The position numbers and the translations under genes are program-made. From Pavona decussata (taxonomy: Eukaryota), in NCBI GenBank assembly GCA_977016875.1, contig CDRNST010000020.1, positions 3,224,001 through 3,288,000 on the forward strand: 64,000 nucleotides of DNA. The letters are read 5' to 3'. The notes beneath the pieces are model-generated. The model made no database searches. It saw only the letters and a program-made list of their open reading frames with translations, and was not told the DNA's origin. This document shows positions 11,352-23,491 of the stretch, one piece after another; the stretch's first letter is position 1; every line of letters starts with the position of its first letter.

Positions 11352-12279
11352 ATGAACTTTAAAGCACAAGTAAGTGGCCTGTAACAGTATGCCAGCATTA
11401 CAATTCAAAATGCTGTTCTTTTTTTGTTTTTCTTTCTCAGTTAGCGGTGAATTTACAAACAGATGATTCTCTGGTCTAATTTCCATAGCTTATATTATCT
11501 ATCTACCGGCTTTTCTCAAGCTTAGAATATTAACAACGTTGAGGAATGTACTGAAGTAGATCTTTCGATTCTATGTTATCAGTAACAGAAATCTAGACGA
11601 ATTTCGTAAAGTCACGACATCGTAAACTTATGAACAACCGAAAAAATCGAATCGCTTAGATAGGAACCTTTTAGTCAAAGAGGAAAAAAACGTTGTTTGT
11701 ATTTTGCGACTGACCATTTTCGTCAGAAGGCATGAACAAAAACTGCTAGAGCAAAAGTTAAACTTAGAAAATGTTTATTACTTGCATTACAAAATCATTT
11801 CTATGTGTCCTTTGTTTCAACAGGTCATTTTATCTGTAATTGTCGTCTTGAATTGTTCAAGCCTGAGTATTGCCAAACCTTTTTCGCTGAAGAATCCTTT
11901 AACTCGCAACCAGGCCTTCACACTGCAGTCACGTGAACAAGAGACCGAGCTTGAAGACGCCGCTTTTCAATCAGACGAGAGCAGAAACCAAGAAAGTGAT
12001 GTCACAAGAGGCGTGGTTGGATTTTTGAACATGCCATCTGCGCATAATCGAACAGCCAGGGCCGCTGGTCGCCCTTGCGTTTTGCAAATTGACCGGAAGT
12101 GGGATCATTGTCGAAAAAAGTTTGTCAATAAAGTACTGTGTTTAGGTGAACACAAGGCTTGTATTCAAGCGATTCCCAAATACGGCAAACCGCTGTGTCG
12201 CACAGTGTTTGGTTTCCGAGAGGCCAAGTACAGTGTAAATTGTACCAGTATACCGATAGACTGTCAATGTGCTGCCTAA
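11352..12279 (+). CDS. Secreted 8-Cys prepropeptide, paralog B1 (157 aa; join 11352..11369,11824..12279)
   Basis: Exon 1 MNFKAQ|GTAAGT; acceptor tttcaacag|GTC in frame; SAHNRTAR site; mature domain with 8 Cys ending CQCAA. Confidence 0.9.
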
Positions 12280-12535
12280 ATCAGTGAGAAACTTGTGTCA
12301 AGTTAACCGCATTTACTGATGTTAAGCTATTAGTGCGCAAATTGCAATGAATGTATGCTTGCATCACTGTAAATGGAGGCAGATTAAGTATTCTCTTCCG
12401 TATTGATTTTGTTCAATAGCCGGTCTGTTTTCATGATGCAAAGATGAACGCAATTTAGAGTTGATAGAAACGTGCGTGAGTTTCTCTTGTTAAAAAGTAA
12501 ATCATTTTTTAGTGTTCCTAAATAAGTCAAGTTAA

Positions 12536-12904
12536 AGGGGAAGTATCACGAAAATTTGCTGTCATTTCAAAACCCAAAAATGTTTGATTGTCAGCAGAAA
12601 CAACGAAAAAATTGTCAAGTTTGTTAAAAAGTATCACCCCAGTGCAATAAAACTGTCGATTAGTGCCTCTAACCAGAGACAAAGTAGGCCGGTTTGGATT
12701 GAAACTTGAAAAATATTAGGCTAATGTTTTTCAAGTTCTCGCATTTTTGTTTCCAAAATGCACTAGAACAGATCACGAGTTGTTTCTTTCTAGAATTGAG
12801 TTGATTTCGTTCCTCTCGTCATTCTAGAATTATTGGCAGGTGATTAAAGGTCTTATTTCATCATTTTTAACAAAAGATATCAAAAAACTCATGATACTTT
12901 TCCT
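12536..12904. mobile_element. Kolobok-like MITE
   Basis: TTAA on both flanks, TIRs aggggaagtatcacga / tcatgatacttttcct with RR...YY termini. Copy at 32483-32851. Confidence 0.75.
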
Positions 12905-13348
12905 TTAAGGAATATCGGAAAAAGTTCTTTCTGTATTTAATCAGACAAATTAGTGCTTCTCAAATGTGTTTCAGCAAACGGCGGGGAGATTTCATGAGTT
13001 AAGATGCTATGTAGCGCTATGCCATTCGGATTAATCAAGGGTTTACAACATTTCCTTATGAGTTAAAACAACTATAAATCTCGGAAGCTGATATGGCAGT
13101 TGAAGTTTGGTCTCCTTTCAGCTTCAGTGTAATCAAATTGAGCGCGTTGTTTGAAATGAAAATAAATAAACGCTCTATATGTGAAAGAAATGCGATGTTA
13201 TGTTTTAACCCTGGTGAACAAATGATAGATGTATTTTGGTCAGTCAGTGACACAGGCCTGGAAATTACCGGCTTTAAGAGCAAAATTTTTCTCAAATACA
13301 AAACAGAAAGGAAAATTAACAAAAGAGACTATTATACAAAGAAATGGT

Positions 13349-13590
13349 TTATTTATTTATTTATTTATTCACCACGAGATACAAACATAGAAAGTTACAA
13401 TGAATGATAAACTAGGATTACAAGTACATAAGTTTAGAGTAAATAATAATAGTAAAAGAAGTAAGAAGTGGCGAGGAGACCTCAAGAAACCCCCGGGCTT
13501 ATACTGAGAGGTCTCCTCGGAGATATGTTGGGACTTTAAGATCAGTAAAGACATTGTATTGAGATTTTTTAACATACGGTGGTGGTAAGG
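13349..13590 (-). mobile_element. 5'-truncated LINE (CR1/L2-like) 3' end, specific to unit 1
   Basis: (TAAA)n tail on the minus strand and a 12-bp stem cgaggagacctc/gaggtctcctcg (13472-13519). Absent at ~33297 in unit 2. Confidence 0.65.
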
Positions 13591-14420
13591 TTTGTTTATC
13601 TTTTTACTCTCTTCTTGTATATCATATTTTGAAAATGGAAGCTGTTTCAAAGTACATTGTTCACAATATAAACCTTCTTATCCCTAACTTAAAAGTAATC
13701 TACAATTTATCAATGCATTGTAGTTTATAATTGCACTCAATAAATTTGATGATCTTAAAAACAAAATCTTTATTCAGCATTGTTAACGCTGTTTGTCGCC
13801 CCAGTTTCGAAAGCAATCTACGTAACGTTTACGACTACGTCTGGTGAGTTGATTACTTCGCTCAAGACCGGCGGAGATCATTAAGCAGTGTCTGCGGCCA
13901 ATTCAAGATCAACTTTGCATAAAGCAAAGTGTGTTCGTTTCTCAACGGTAAATCCTTGTTACAAACTCATTAAAAAAAGCACATCACCCCAGCTTTGAAA
14001 GTTTTTCTCCTTTTGACAGTTGACGTAATTTCTTTATACCCTAATCATCTGAACCATTGCTTTTTTTTTCTTCTTCTCAAAATGGCATGGACTGAAATAA
14101 TATGTAATTAAATTATTTTCTAAGGGCGTCAGTTTTCTTTTTTTTTTTTTTTTAATATTTAATATTCTTCACCTTTAAAGCCTACTATGGCAGTTTTTTT
14201 TCTGTAAGATCAGATAGCTTTTATGTCAGTTGTATTATTTTTTACAGCTGAAAACTGATTTTTTTTTTACAAAAACAGAACACGTTTTGTTCAGTGGCAA
14301 GACTCGATCGGGTAAAATCGTGGTTTCTTAAAATATTTCAGTTCCTTTCTGCTACCTGTGCCTCCAACAATCTTAAACAACTATATTTCAGAAACATTGT
14401 GCACAGTCAAAATGCGACCG

Positions 14421-14658
14421 GGGCCCGTTTCTTGAAAGTCGCGGTAATTTACCGGGCCCGATAAGTATATTTTTAAACGTTTTTTCGCCGATTACACAGA
14501 TATTACAGACATGGTACTTGGCCAAAGTTTTCATAGAATTGTAAGATTTCAAAATTTAGTATTCAAAGCTACCACAAATTGACTTGTGTTAAAAACACTT
14601 ATTACCAATTTTACTTATCGAGCCCGATAAGTTACCGGGACGTTCGAGAAACGGGCTC
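14421..14658. mobile_element. PIF/Harbinger-like MITE in the C1 promoter
   Basis: TIRs gggcccgtttcttgaaag / cgttcgagaaacgggctc. Empty site seen in paralog E (gcggccgggaaagg). Confidence 0.8.
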
Positions 14659-14790
14659 CGGGAAAGGAAGCTGAAGAGTGATATATGAGCAGGATTTTTG
14701 TCTTTATTTTCATTGAGTAAACCCACTCGACGAGTGGCCAGAGAAGGTAATCACTAAGGACAAGATTTTCAGAAACTGGTGAATTTCAAA

Positions 14791-15590
14791 ATGAACTTTA
14801 AAGCTCAAGTGAGTGGTCTGTAATAGTATTTCGATAATACACGGCAATACAATGCTTTGTTCCTTCTTATTTAATACTAGATTTGCAAACTAATAATTCC
14901 CCATAATGACATTTAATTTAGTTTATATATTTACCTATCTACTAACATTACCTACGGCAAACTTAGAATGCAATGTTGAGGAATTTAGAAGTAAAGCTTC
15001 TATTCTATATATGTTCCGGTTAATACGGAATGAAGGAATTTCTTAAAACTTTAGGAAAAAAGAAATAACTGACTTAATCGGTTCAGTAATTATAATTAAG
15101 TAAAACGTTCAACACCTATTAATAGAACTTATTTCATTTCAGCTCAGTTAGAGTCGCGATTCAGTAATGTCTGTCTTCAAAACATCCAAAATGATTTCTG
15201 TTGCCCTCTCGATTCATTTTCTTATCACGATGTCATAAAGTGCGTCTAGAAACGTATAGAACTGCACCTTTGATAAGCAAATCATTATAATTTATGACGC
15301 ATGAAGACAGAGTGTTGGAAAGAAACAAAAGAGAAACTAAAGTTAAAAAATAATCATTACTTGCATTAACTATTTTCAATATAACTTTTGTTTCAACAAG
15401 TAATTTTATCTGCAATTGTCGTCTTGCATTGTTCAAGCCTGAGTATTGCCGAACCTTTCACCCTGGAGAGTCCATTACTTCGCAACCAGGCCTTCATACA
15501 GCAGTCACGTGAGCAAGAGACCCAGCACCAAGATGCTACTTATCAACCAGCGGAGAACAGAAACCAAGAAAGAGATGGCACCAGAGGCTT
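14791..15590 (+). pseudogene. Pseudogene C1 (E-type 8-Cys prepropeptide)
   Basis: Exon 1 MNFKAQ at 14791..14808|GTGAGT. Acceptor CAG mutated to CAA at 15399. Exon 2 is truncated before the furin site and mature domain. TATA mutated to TATATGA. Confidence 0.88.
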
Positions 15591-15611
15591 AGGGAGGCTT
15601 AGGCTTAGGAT

Positions 15612-16061
15612 TAGGGAGTTTTAGCAACGATGACGGCGACGGCAACCAGAACTTCAAAAAAGTAATATGCTTAATTACCAAAACAACAACTCTGCAGGTG
15701 CATTACACTTTTTGGTTTCGTTACTTTCTGTGCCGTCACTGCATGTCTAGGACGTGACAGGTTGCAGATGGGACGTTTTAGGAAGGAAGACGACGAATTT
15801 TTCTTCCTCTTTCTACACTTGGGTACGGTCTCCAAGAATTCATCTCCAGGAAATTTCACCTACANNNNNNNNNNNNNNNNNNNNNNNNNNNNNNNNNNNN
15901 NNNNNNNNNNNNNNNNNNNNNNNNNNNNNNNNNNNNNNNNNNNNNNNNNNNNNNNNNNNNNNNNNNNNNNNNNNNNNNNNNNNNNNNNNNNNNNNNNNNN
16001 NNNNNNNNNNNNNTAGTGACGTTTTCGCTGACGTCGCCGTCGTCGTTGCTAAAATTCCCTA
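15612..16061. mobile_element. MITE with GACGGC-rich TIRs (contains an N run)
   Basis: TIRs tagggagttttagcaacgatgacggcgacg / cgtcgccgtcgtcgttgctaaaattcccta. Confidence 0.8.
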
Positions 16062-16795
16062 TTACTAGGGTTAACGCTCAGCCATTCACTTTAAATTAGC
16101 ACTTTAATAAACACTGCAGAGTTAATTCTCTGATCCATTATTGGTGTCCTTAGTGCTAGCGGCGCAACAGTCCGAGTGGGGGCGTGGGAGAAGTCTGAGT
16201 TTCTGCAAAGATTCTCTCTGTGGTACAACAGTTGAAGTATGAGCGAGCATTGTTAAGCCTTCTTTATTCTCTCGCTAAAGCTTTATAAAGTTTCATGCAC
16301 GAATTTTTAGAAAGGGGTTTTCGGTAATAGGGTCAGTTTCTAATTATAAAAGAAATTGTGGTGCTGCGTCCGACGGGGAGTATAAACGAATGATTGGTTT
16401 TATCAACAAACCGATTTGACAAGGTAACTTCGCCAGCATAAAGACATTTGATTGCTGACGTTTTAAACATTGATTAGTCCCGCTTTAGAGCAAATCAGTT
16501 TTCGGTAGTTTAGTTTGATTCGTTATTTGTTGCCAGTAAAAGAACGTTGGGATCAGCTTACGTATATCTTCAAAATGCTTCATCACAACACCGAATTTCG
16601 ATGAATTTAATAAAATTGTCAAAATAAAGCCATCCTCAATCCTCCGAATCATGTTTATTTTCAATCAAATTGCCTTTAACATTACAATAGTCCAGCTGTT
16701 TTTATTATTCATTTCTGAAAAGTCTATTTAATTTTTTACTACAAAAATATGCTGTTGTTAAAGAAACAAAAGTTAACACAATCACATTATTTTCT

Positions 16796-18638
16796 TCAAG
16801 CAGCGCACTGGCAACCGACCGGTAATGGAGGACACTTATTTATAAACTTGATCTGTCGGTAGCCGATCACTGTTTCACACTTAGGATAATGATATATATT
16901 AATGGCTTTATAACACGCAATGTGTCTGTTTAAACATTGTACATGGCTAACAAATTTTTGTCTGCACTTATCGAACTTTCTCACAATATGCGAAAAGCAT
17001 GGACTACTGACATCCCTGGCAGTGCGATTGTGCGCAGATGGCTTGTCAAGATATGCGTCCATACCACTTGTCACATCATTCTCTTGGTTGATGCTCTTCT
17101 CTGGTTGGAAAGCATCACCTTGTGGCTGAGTCTCTTGGTCCAAACCACTTGTGACGTCATTTTCTTGGTTGATGCTCTTTTCTGGCTGGAAAGCATCACC
17201 TTGTGGCTGGGTGTTTTGATACATACCACTTGTAACATTATTCTCTTTGTTGATGCCCTCCTCTGGTTGAAAAGCATCGTCTTTAAGGTTGGGCCCTAGG
17301 TTCTTGCCACTTGTGACATCATCCCATTGGTTGATGCTCTCCTCTGGTTGGAAGCCATTGCCTTGTGGCTGGGTCTCTTGTCCAGGTGCCTGTTGATTGA
17401 AGATCTGATCCAGGGGTAATGACATGTCCAGGAAAAGAGGTTTTGTGAAACTCAGACTGCAGCAGCTCAAGATGACAATTATTGACACAATTATCTGCTT
17501 GAAACAAAACGAAAATATTAGTTGGAACTAATACAAGAAATCATTTTTTTTGTCATTTCTAACGCTTTTATAGAACAAAACATTACAACGCTTTAAAAAG
17601 CTATGCAAATAGCTAAACCTTATAGTACTTTAGAATAATTTCCAACGATGCAGAACGTTTATTGAAATGTGGCATAGGTTGCTTTCAAATGTATTTGTTT
17701 TAATTTTTCATTTAAATCTTTCCTTTAGCATAGTTTTAGGATTCTTTGAACTCATCTTACATGCATATATTAGTGATGATGTTTTGAACATGGCAAAGCA
17801 GGTTGCAGTCTATGTTCTACGACAAGAATCAGGTGAGATTTCTCATGGATGAAACTAAATTTGTTCACTGGCGGAGGATTCACAATCCAATCATTTATTA
17901 ATTTTTAACCATTCTAAAGGCTTATAGATTGAAGTTTTCGTAGCACATTCCATAAAAGGACGTTAAAGTGTAGAATAACTTTACAGCAAAAAGGGTATTG
18001 ACCAACTTTCTTTCTTGATCATGCAGTTCTAATTTGGTTTTCTGCCGGTCACTCCAATTCATGCACATATTCCGACATGCCATCAGCCAGGTTATGTGCC
18101 TCCTATGTGTGAAGATGTTAAGTCTCGTTTATTTCTAGTAGCTGTCGGTGACAACCTTTACTTCATATTTATATGAGATTTCTCATGGATGAAACTAAGT
18201 TTGTTCACTGGCGGAGGATTCACAATCCAATCATTTACTTCACTTCATATTTACATGTTTTCTTTGATAATGATATTAACCACATCTGGCTGAAAATAAT
18301 CTGGATTCTCTTTAATTTTCAAAACTTGAATTTGCAATAAAACTGACCCAACAAACTGCATGATTTTGTTATAAACTGTAGTTGAGGTGAGATGGAAGTG
18401 AGGCAAGTTAAAAAATGAAGTAAGATAAGACAAAGGAACTCCATTTTTACAAAATCCTGGTCGAGGAAATTTATACCTTGTATAATGACATTGACAATGC
18501 TACTAAAGAGTAACTTATACATGGGTACTGCTCACACGACTTAGATTCTGCAAATCGAAGGTAGAAATTTTCAAGATGCAAGGCAAATGCTTGACATATA
18601 CTTTGGTGTATTTTACTTACTTTCTCTGTAGTATTCAT
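16796..18638 (-). CDS. Secreted 8-Cys prepropeptide with repeat propeptide, paralog D1 (238 aa; join complement 18621..18638,16796..17494)
   Basis: Exon 1 ATG AAT ACT ACA GAG AAA|GTAAGT; acceptor tttcaagcag|ATA in frame; 4 x 27-aa repeats; SAHNRTAR; ends CQCAA. TATAAA at 18741-18736. Confidence 0.88.
17057..17380 (-). repeat. Coding 81-bp tandem repeat x4 in the D1 propeptide
   Basis: Unit consensus QETQPQGDAFQPEKSINQENDVTSGMD. Confidence 0.9.
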
Positions 18639-20025
18639 CCTGTAAATGATCTTGTCTGCCTGAAGTTTTCGTCTCTGAATGATTTCGCTGTGATAATCTC
18701 TGTGATAGTCAAACAAAAAATGGAAAACAATTCACTTTATACTTGATTGTCTTTGTCGCATAGTAGTTCTTCCATATGATTGTCCTTCGTTGGATTAGCA
18801 CAAGTGACAGTTTGTTAGAAAGGGAAATGCTTCTTAAACCCATGTAGTTAGACGCAAATAATAAGTTAACATTGACAATAGCGAGTTTTTTTTTAGGAGT
18901 AATGTCTGAAAATTAAATTGTATTGGAACTTTCGTTACTAACTTTTGTTGTTGTACTGTTTCGTTCTGCAACTTAACAGTCTTTCCCTTTGGAGGATTAT
19001 TGGTTTTGAACAGCTAAAAATTATGCTGGTTTTTCACCGTCGACAATTCTTAACACAGTGCTAGTTTAGTTCTGTCCTTCTAACAAGTGCATTCCGGATT
19101 TCCTTTTATTACTAATACCAGTACAAAGCTAACCAAATTTTCAAAGGGCTCTGCTTCGAACATTTCGTGTGATAAAACAACTGCTACTGAAGTAGTAAGT
19201 TCTGACTGAACGCATTGCCCTTAACAAAGTACGCTCTGTTTAACAATAGTTGTATGATATTTGAGAGAATTCTCTTCCTCTAGCCAACTTCAAACATATT
19301 ATGATGGTTTTGCTTACCTTCGAAGTCAACTTTCTTACTTCACCTTGAAGAAATGAACTCGTTATAGCCATCAGTCAGCTTCACCGAGATTTTTATACTT
19401 TTTTCCTCTAATTAATTCCAAAATCTACAAGGAAATTCTTCGCAGCTGGATAAAACGTGTTTCAGCAAACTCCACCTACATGAAAGGAAGTTTAATCACT
19501 TCTGTCCTATTTTTAACTTGATTAGTTCAGTGAAAAATGTGCGGCTTTGGTGAGATACACACTGCGGAATAACCTGTGTGCACATCAAGTTTCATGACAT
19601 CATTGGAAAAGTTAACTGAAAAAGATTATATCTATTTCATATTTTAAACGGTAACATTATGAGACGTGGAGCCTTTCCTTGATGTCATCAGCCTAGAAAA
19701 TTTGACCGGCTTTGAAATCGCAGTTTTCAAGTGAACCTAGAGTCAAACCGAAAACGTACGTTGAATCGCGAGCAAATTTGAGAAAAAATCCATGGTCATG
19801 ACATTGTGAATTTTTAAGAAACTATTTCTTGTTAGTTTCGATGAAATAAAGAAAGAAATCAGGTTTGTGTTAATGTTTTTAAAAAATTTGCCACAGCGTT
19901 TTTTGAAGGCTTCTATAGTAATGCCATGAAAAACGTCATTACGGGAAGTTTTTTTCGTTTTTTGTTATTTTGTTAAAGCATCGTTAATTCTATATCTTCT
20001 TCCTCTGTTATTTTGGTTGTGGTGC

Positions 20026-22075
20026 TATAAAAGGTACTGTGGGCGAGACATACTGTTCAAATAAACTAGAACTAGAATCTTCGCTTCAGCACACTACTGC
20101 ACTGGTGCGCATGCGCGTATTTAAAGTACCCTTCCATATGGTATAACGAGGGTTTTGTTAACTCAAACGGTGGCGCACTCTAATTTAGGGCTAAGGAAGG
20201 CAAGAATTCGTTTTATCGATAGTTAACCCTTAAATATTGTTGTCGTTATGAAGGAACGTTACTGATGAAAAATAACCACTTTTAAATGTTGAGCAGTTAA
20301 ATACTCTCAGTCGACGTGATAATGTTTACTGTTTTCAGACAATTCAACGTTTAAAAACATCTCCAAAGCTTTGGTTTGTAGATGAAACTTAAAATTCTCT
20401 TACTTTAATTGCACTTCCATTTGGCAATAATCAAAATGGCTGCTCTACAAATGCAAAGTTAATTATAAGCTAATGTATAGTTCCGGTAATAAGTTTCTCT
20501 GGAGTGTGGTTTGAGTATTGACGCAATAGCCGAGTAAAAGTAGGAATTATGACGTACGTTATTCGCAGATAGCTGCTGGCATAGATGACCTTCAAGATTT
20601 GAATTATTAACCTTATTCTAAAGTCACGTCCCGAGGAAACTGTGTGGAAATAATTTCTTAATTTAGTCATGGATTATTCACGGTTGGGTAGTTTCAGTTT
20701 GTTCAGTTGAACTATTTGTCAAAGTTATAACTGATCTACAATTTTGATAATCTTGTTGGGTAGCATCAAAAGAACGTCCTCGAATAAAATTAGTTTCGAT
20801 GGTATAAAAATCAAATTAGGTTTATATCAATTTCTTTTGCATTTTCTTTCTTTTGCTGAAACCTCTTTTTATCCTGAGCTAGCTCTCACGAGTCCCCTAT
20901 AGCTCAGTGATAGATCATTCTAACTAGTGGTATAACAATCGGAAGTTGTTAGGTTCGACTCCTGATAAGATCACTCGGATTTCCTCAGTTCTCAAGTATG
21001 TCAGTGTCACTCACTGAATGATACATCATTGTTATCTTTCTATCTTCTTCATCTGTTTGTAAGGTAACGATGCTATGAAAAGGTTGTGTGGACAAAAATT
21101 TAAACGGCCCACAGTTCAAACAAACTAGAGTCAGGCCTTTGGCTGCTGCACACTACTACACTACTGCGCATGCGCGTGTTTAATACCCCCTTTCGTGTGG
21201 AATGACAAGGTTGTTGCTCCCTCAGACTGCATGTGGTTCACTCTAATTTGGGACTAATAAGGGAAGAAATAGATTTTCATAAATTGTAAACTCTCAACTA
21301 TTGCTGTTCATGAAGGAACGTTAAGGATGGAAAGTAACCACTTTATAATGCAGTTAATTACTCTCCGCCGTAATAATGTTTGCTCTTTTGAAATTTGTCA
21401 AAGTTGAAAAACATCTACAAACCTTTTTATTTGTAGTTAAAACCTAAAAAACGTCTAGCTATAGTTTACAATAAAATGGCTGATTAACAAACAACAAACT
21501 TAATAATGTAGAGTTCCGGTAGAGTGGACTTTATTTTCTCCAAAAATATGATTTGGTTTGAGTATTGACGCAATAGCCGAGTAAAAATAGGAATTATGAC
21601 GTCATGCCCAGATAGCTGCTGCAATTGATGACCTTCGAAACCTATCCTTGGACCTATCATGTTATTATAAGGCGTTAAATTTGGATAATAGACTTTATTC
21701 GCTCTATATGCTAATTGCCCATTACAAACCACGTGATATTCTCATGAGAGTCGATCGTTTTTCTTTTTGGAAGTTAAAAAATTCATGCCAGCGTGAATAT
21801 GACCAATTCGAAAAGAAACTACTCCTAGATTACCGTCACGTTATCTGTAAGGGGGCAACAAAACAACGAAGTGATTTAGGTCTATAAAAGTTTCAAAGTC
21901 ATGTACAGATTTAACTGCGTGGAAATAATTTATTAAGTTAGTCATGGAACCTTCATTTACGTTGTGTCGTATACTTTCTTTGTTCAATTTACCTATTTTT
22001 AAACGTTGTAATAGATCTGAAAAGTTTGGATATTCATGTTGGCTAGCATAAAAAGGACGTAATCGAATAAACATT
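20026..22075. repeat. Old, diverged direct duplication (~20026-20790 vs ~21073-22075)
   Basis: Shared blocks, e.g. gcacactact.cact..tgcgcatgcgcgt and ggtttgagtattgacgcaatagccgagtaaaa. Repeated again in unit 2 (~40031-42055). Confidence 0.7.
20880..20985 (+). mobile_element. tRNA-derived SINE head
   Basis: A-box tagctcagtgataga and B-box ggttcgactcc at Pol III spacing. A copy at ~40852-40955 has a better A-box. No clean cloverleaf. Confidence 0.65.
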
Positions 22076-23491
22076 AGAAAAATAATTTATCGAATAAATT
22101 ATTTGACAAAATAGACTGACGAGGCTCTTGAAGCAGAGGTTCTTTTTATCTTTGCTCAACAAAATAAACTGGTTGTCTTTTTCGCCGTGCGCGTAGAGGA
22201 CCGCTTTTAATTCCGGGATAAGCCGGTAAAGACATCCCTGAAAAAGGAAAGTTCGGAAATTAACTCCTCTGTAAATGCCTCAAAGTTCTTTATCCTGTGG
22301 ATCATGTTACTAACCATTTTCTCTATTGTGTGGGTGAATTCCAATGTCTACAAACAGGTTGGAAAAACAAACACGCGGGCATGTGTTCACATTGTGAGTC
22401 AGTAAAAACCACTGAACACTTCCTTTCGTTTTTAAGTAGGAACACAAGTTAATTTGGGAAGACAAAAGAGGAAATTCTTCTGTACACTAGACACCAATGC
22501 GCGCACTATCTTCAGTTACCACCTTGCTCCTTAGAATGTGAGCAGACCAAATTTTGAATAAAGCCATAAATTGTAGTCTCAAGACATCTTAGCCAGCCCC
22601 ATCAAAAGAGAATTTTAAAGTACTAGTTTATGTGCACTAGTAGGGTTATTGTTAATAAAACTGGAACATCACTCTGACGTTTCCATTGACGAGTGGATTA
22701 TCATATTGACCCTCCTAACTTCTGTTCATCTCGGCTGAGTCTTACGTAGAACACGCTTAGTTCAACTAGAAGGATTCTCCTGAAAATTTCGATATCAGGG
22801 GTTCTTGCCATTTACGCAAACCACCCGGATGGAAATTTTTGGCATAAATATGAAATGATTTAGCTTGTCTTAAAAGAAGATGGATAACATGCAAAATGTA
22901 TGAACGTCAGCTGTAAATCCCAAAAGAAGTAAAAAAACTGGATCACTTTGACCCGAAGCCCGTACGTTGGAGTGAATATCATTGTTTCCTTGACTACGTC
23001 AGTCGGACTTCTAAATAGTGTGCTTTTGTCTGATTTAAACAATACTCAGGGGATAAAAGAAGGCATGATTCTGAAACCAGAAAATAGGCAGCCTCGCTTC
23101 CAGGATCTTTCATCTCTCCACCTCTCTGGAAGTCCCTGGGAACGAGGTTGGAGAATAACTTATATTTGTTCAGTCAGCTTCATAGGAGTGAAGTTCTTTT
23201 TTACCCTGTTTTAATTCTCATCACTTTAAGGGCTGTTTACATTAAATCAGTATGACTTAAAAACTGGCTTTTCGATCTCAAAACGGTTTTTTCCTGTCAC
23301 TCTGTATTCGTCACGGTATTAAACTGGGACAAATCTTCCTATCGGTGTGAGTCATACAGCTATCGGAATATCCAGACACATCGAAGCAATAAAAGCATTC
23401 GGCCTACGGCTTCGTGCTTTCATCTTTTTCTCGGTGTTTGGATACCCCGATGAAGCACGATCGAAGCACGAGTCTTTTATGTATTACCTTA

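Noticed and set aside
11704-11823. N-terminal extensions of ORF-track proteins (also 31651, 50657, 62504 poly-RE)
   Set aside because: Intronic read-through upstream of clear splice acceptors. The real starts are in the 6-codon exon 1.
15586-15618. Telomere healing / interstitial telomere at the C1 break
   Set aside because: The TTAGGG/TTAGGC-like units are fully explained by copying of the two junction flanks.
17057-17380. CRISPR-like array or neuropeptide polyprotein
   Set aside because: Eukaryotic in-frame coding repeat without unique spacers, dibasic cleavage sites or amidation signals.
16920-17507. Overlapping and antisense ORFs across D genes (also ~36970-37557, 61918-62415)
   Set aside because: Shadows of the stop-poor 81-bp coding repeat; no independent signals.
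20880-20985. Functional tRNA genes (also ~9830, ~40870)
   Set aside because: A/B boxes are present, but there is no consistent acceptor stem or anticodon arm and the copies are decayed; SINE-like.
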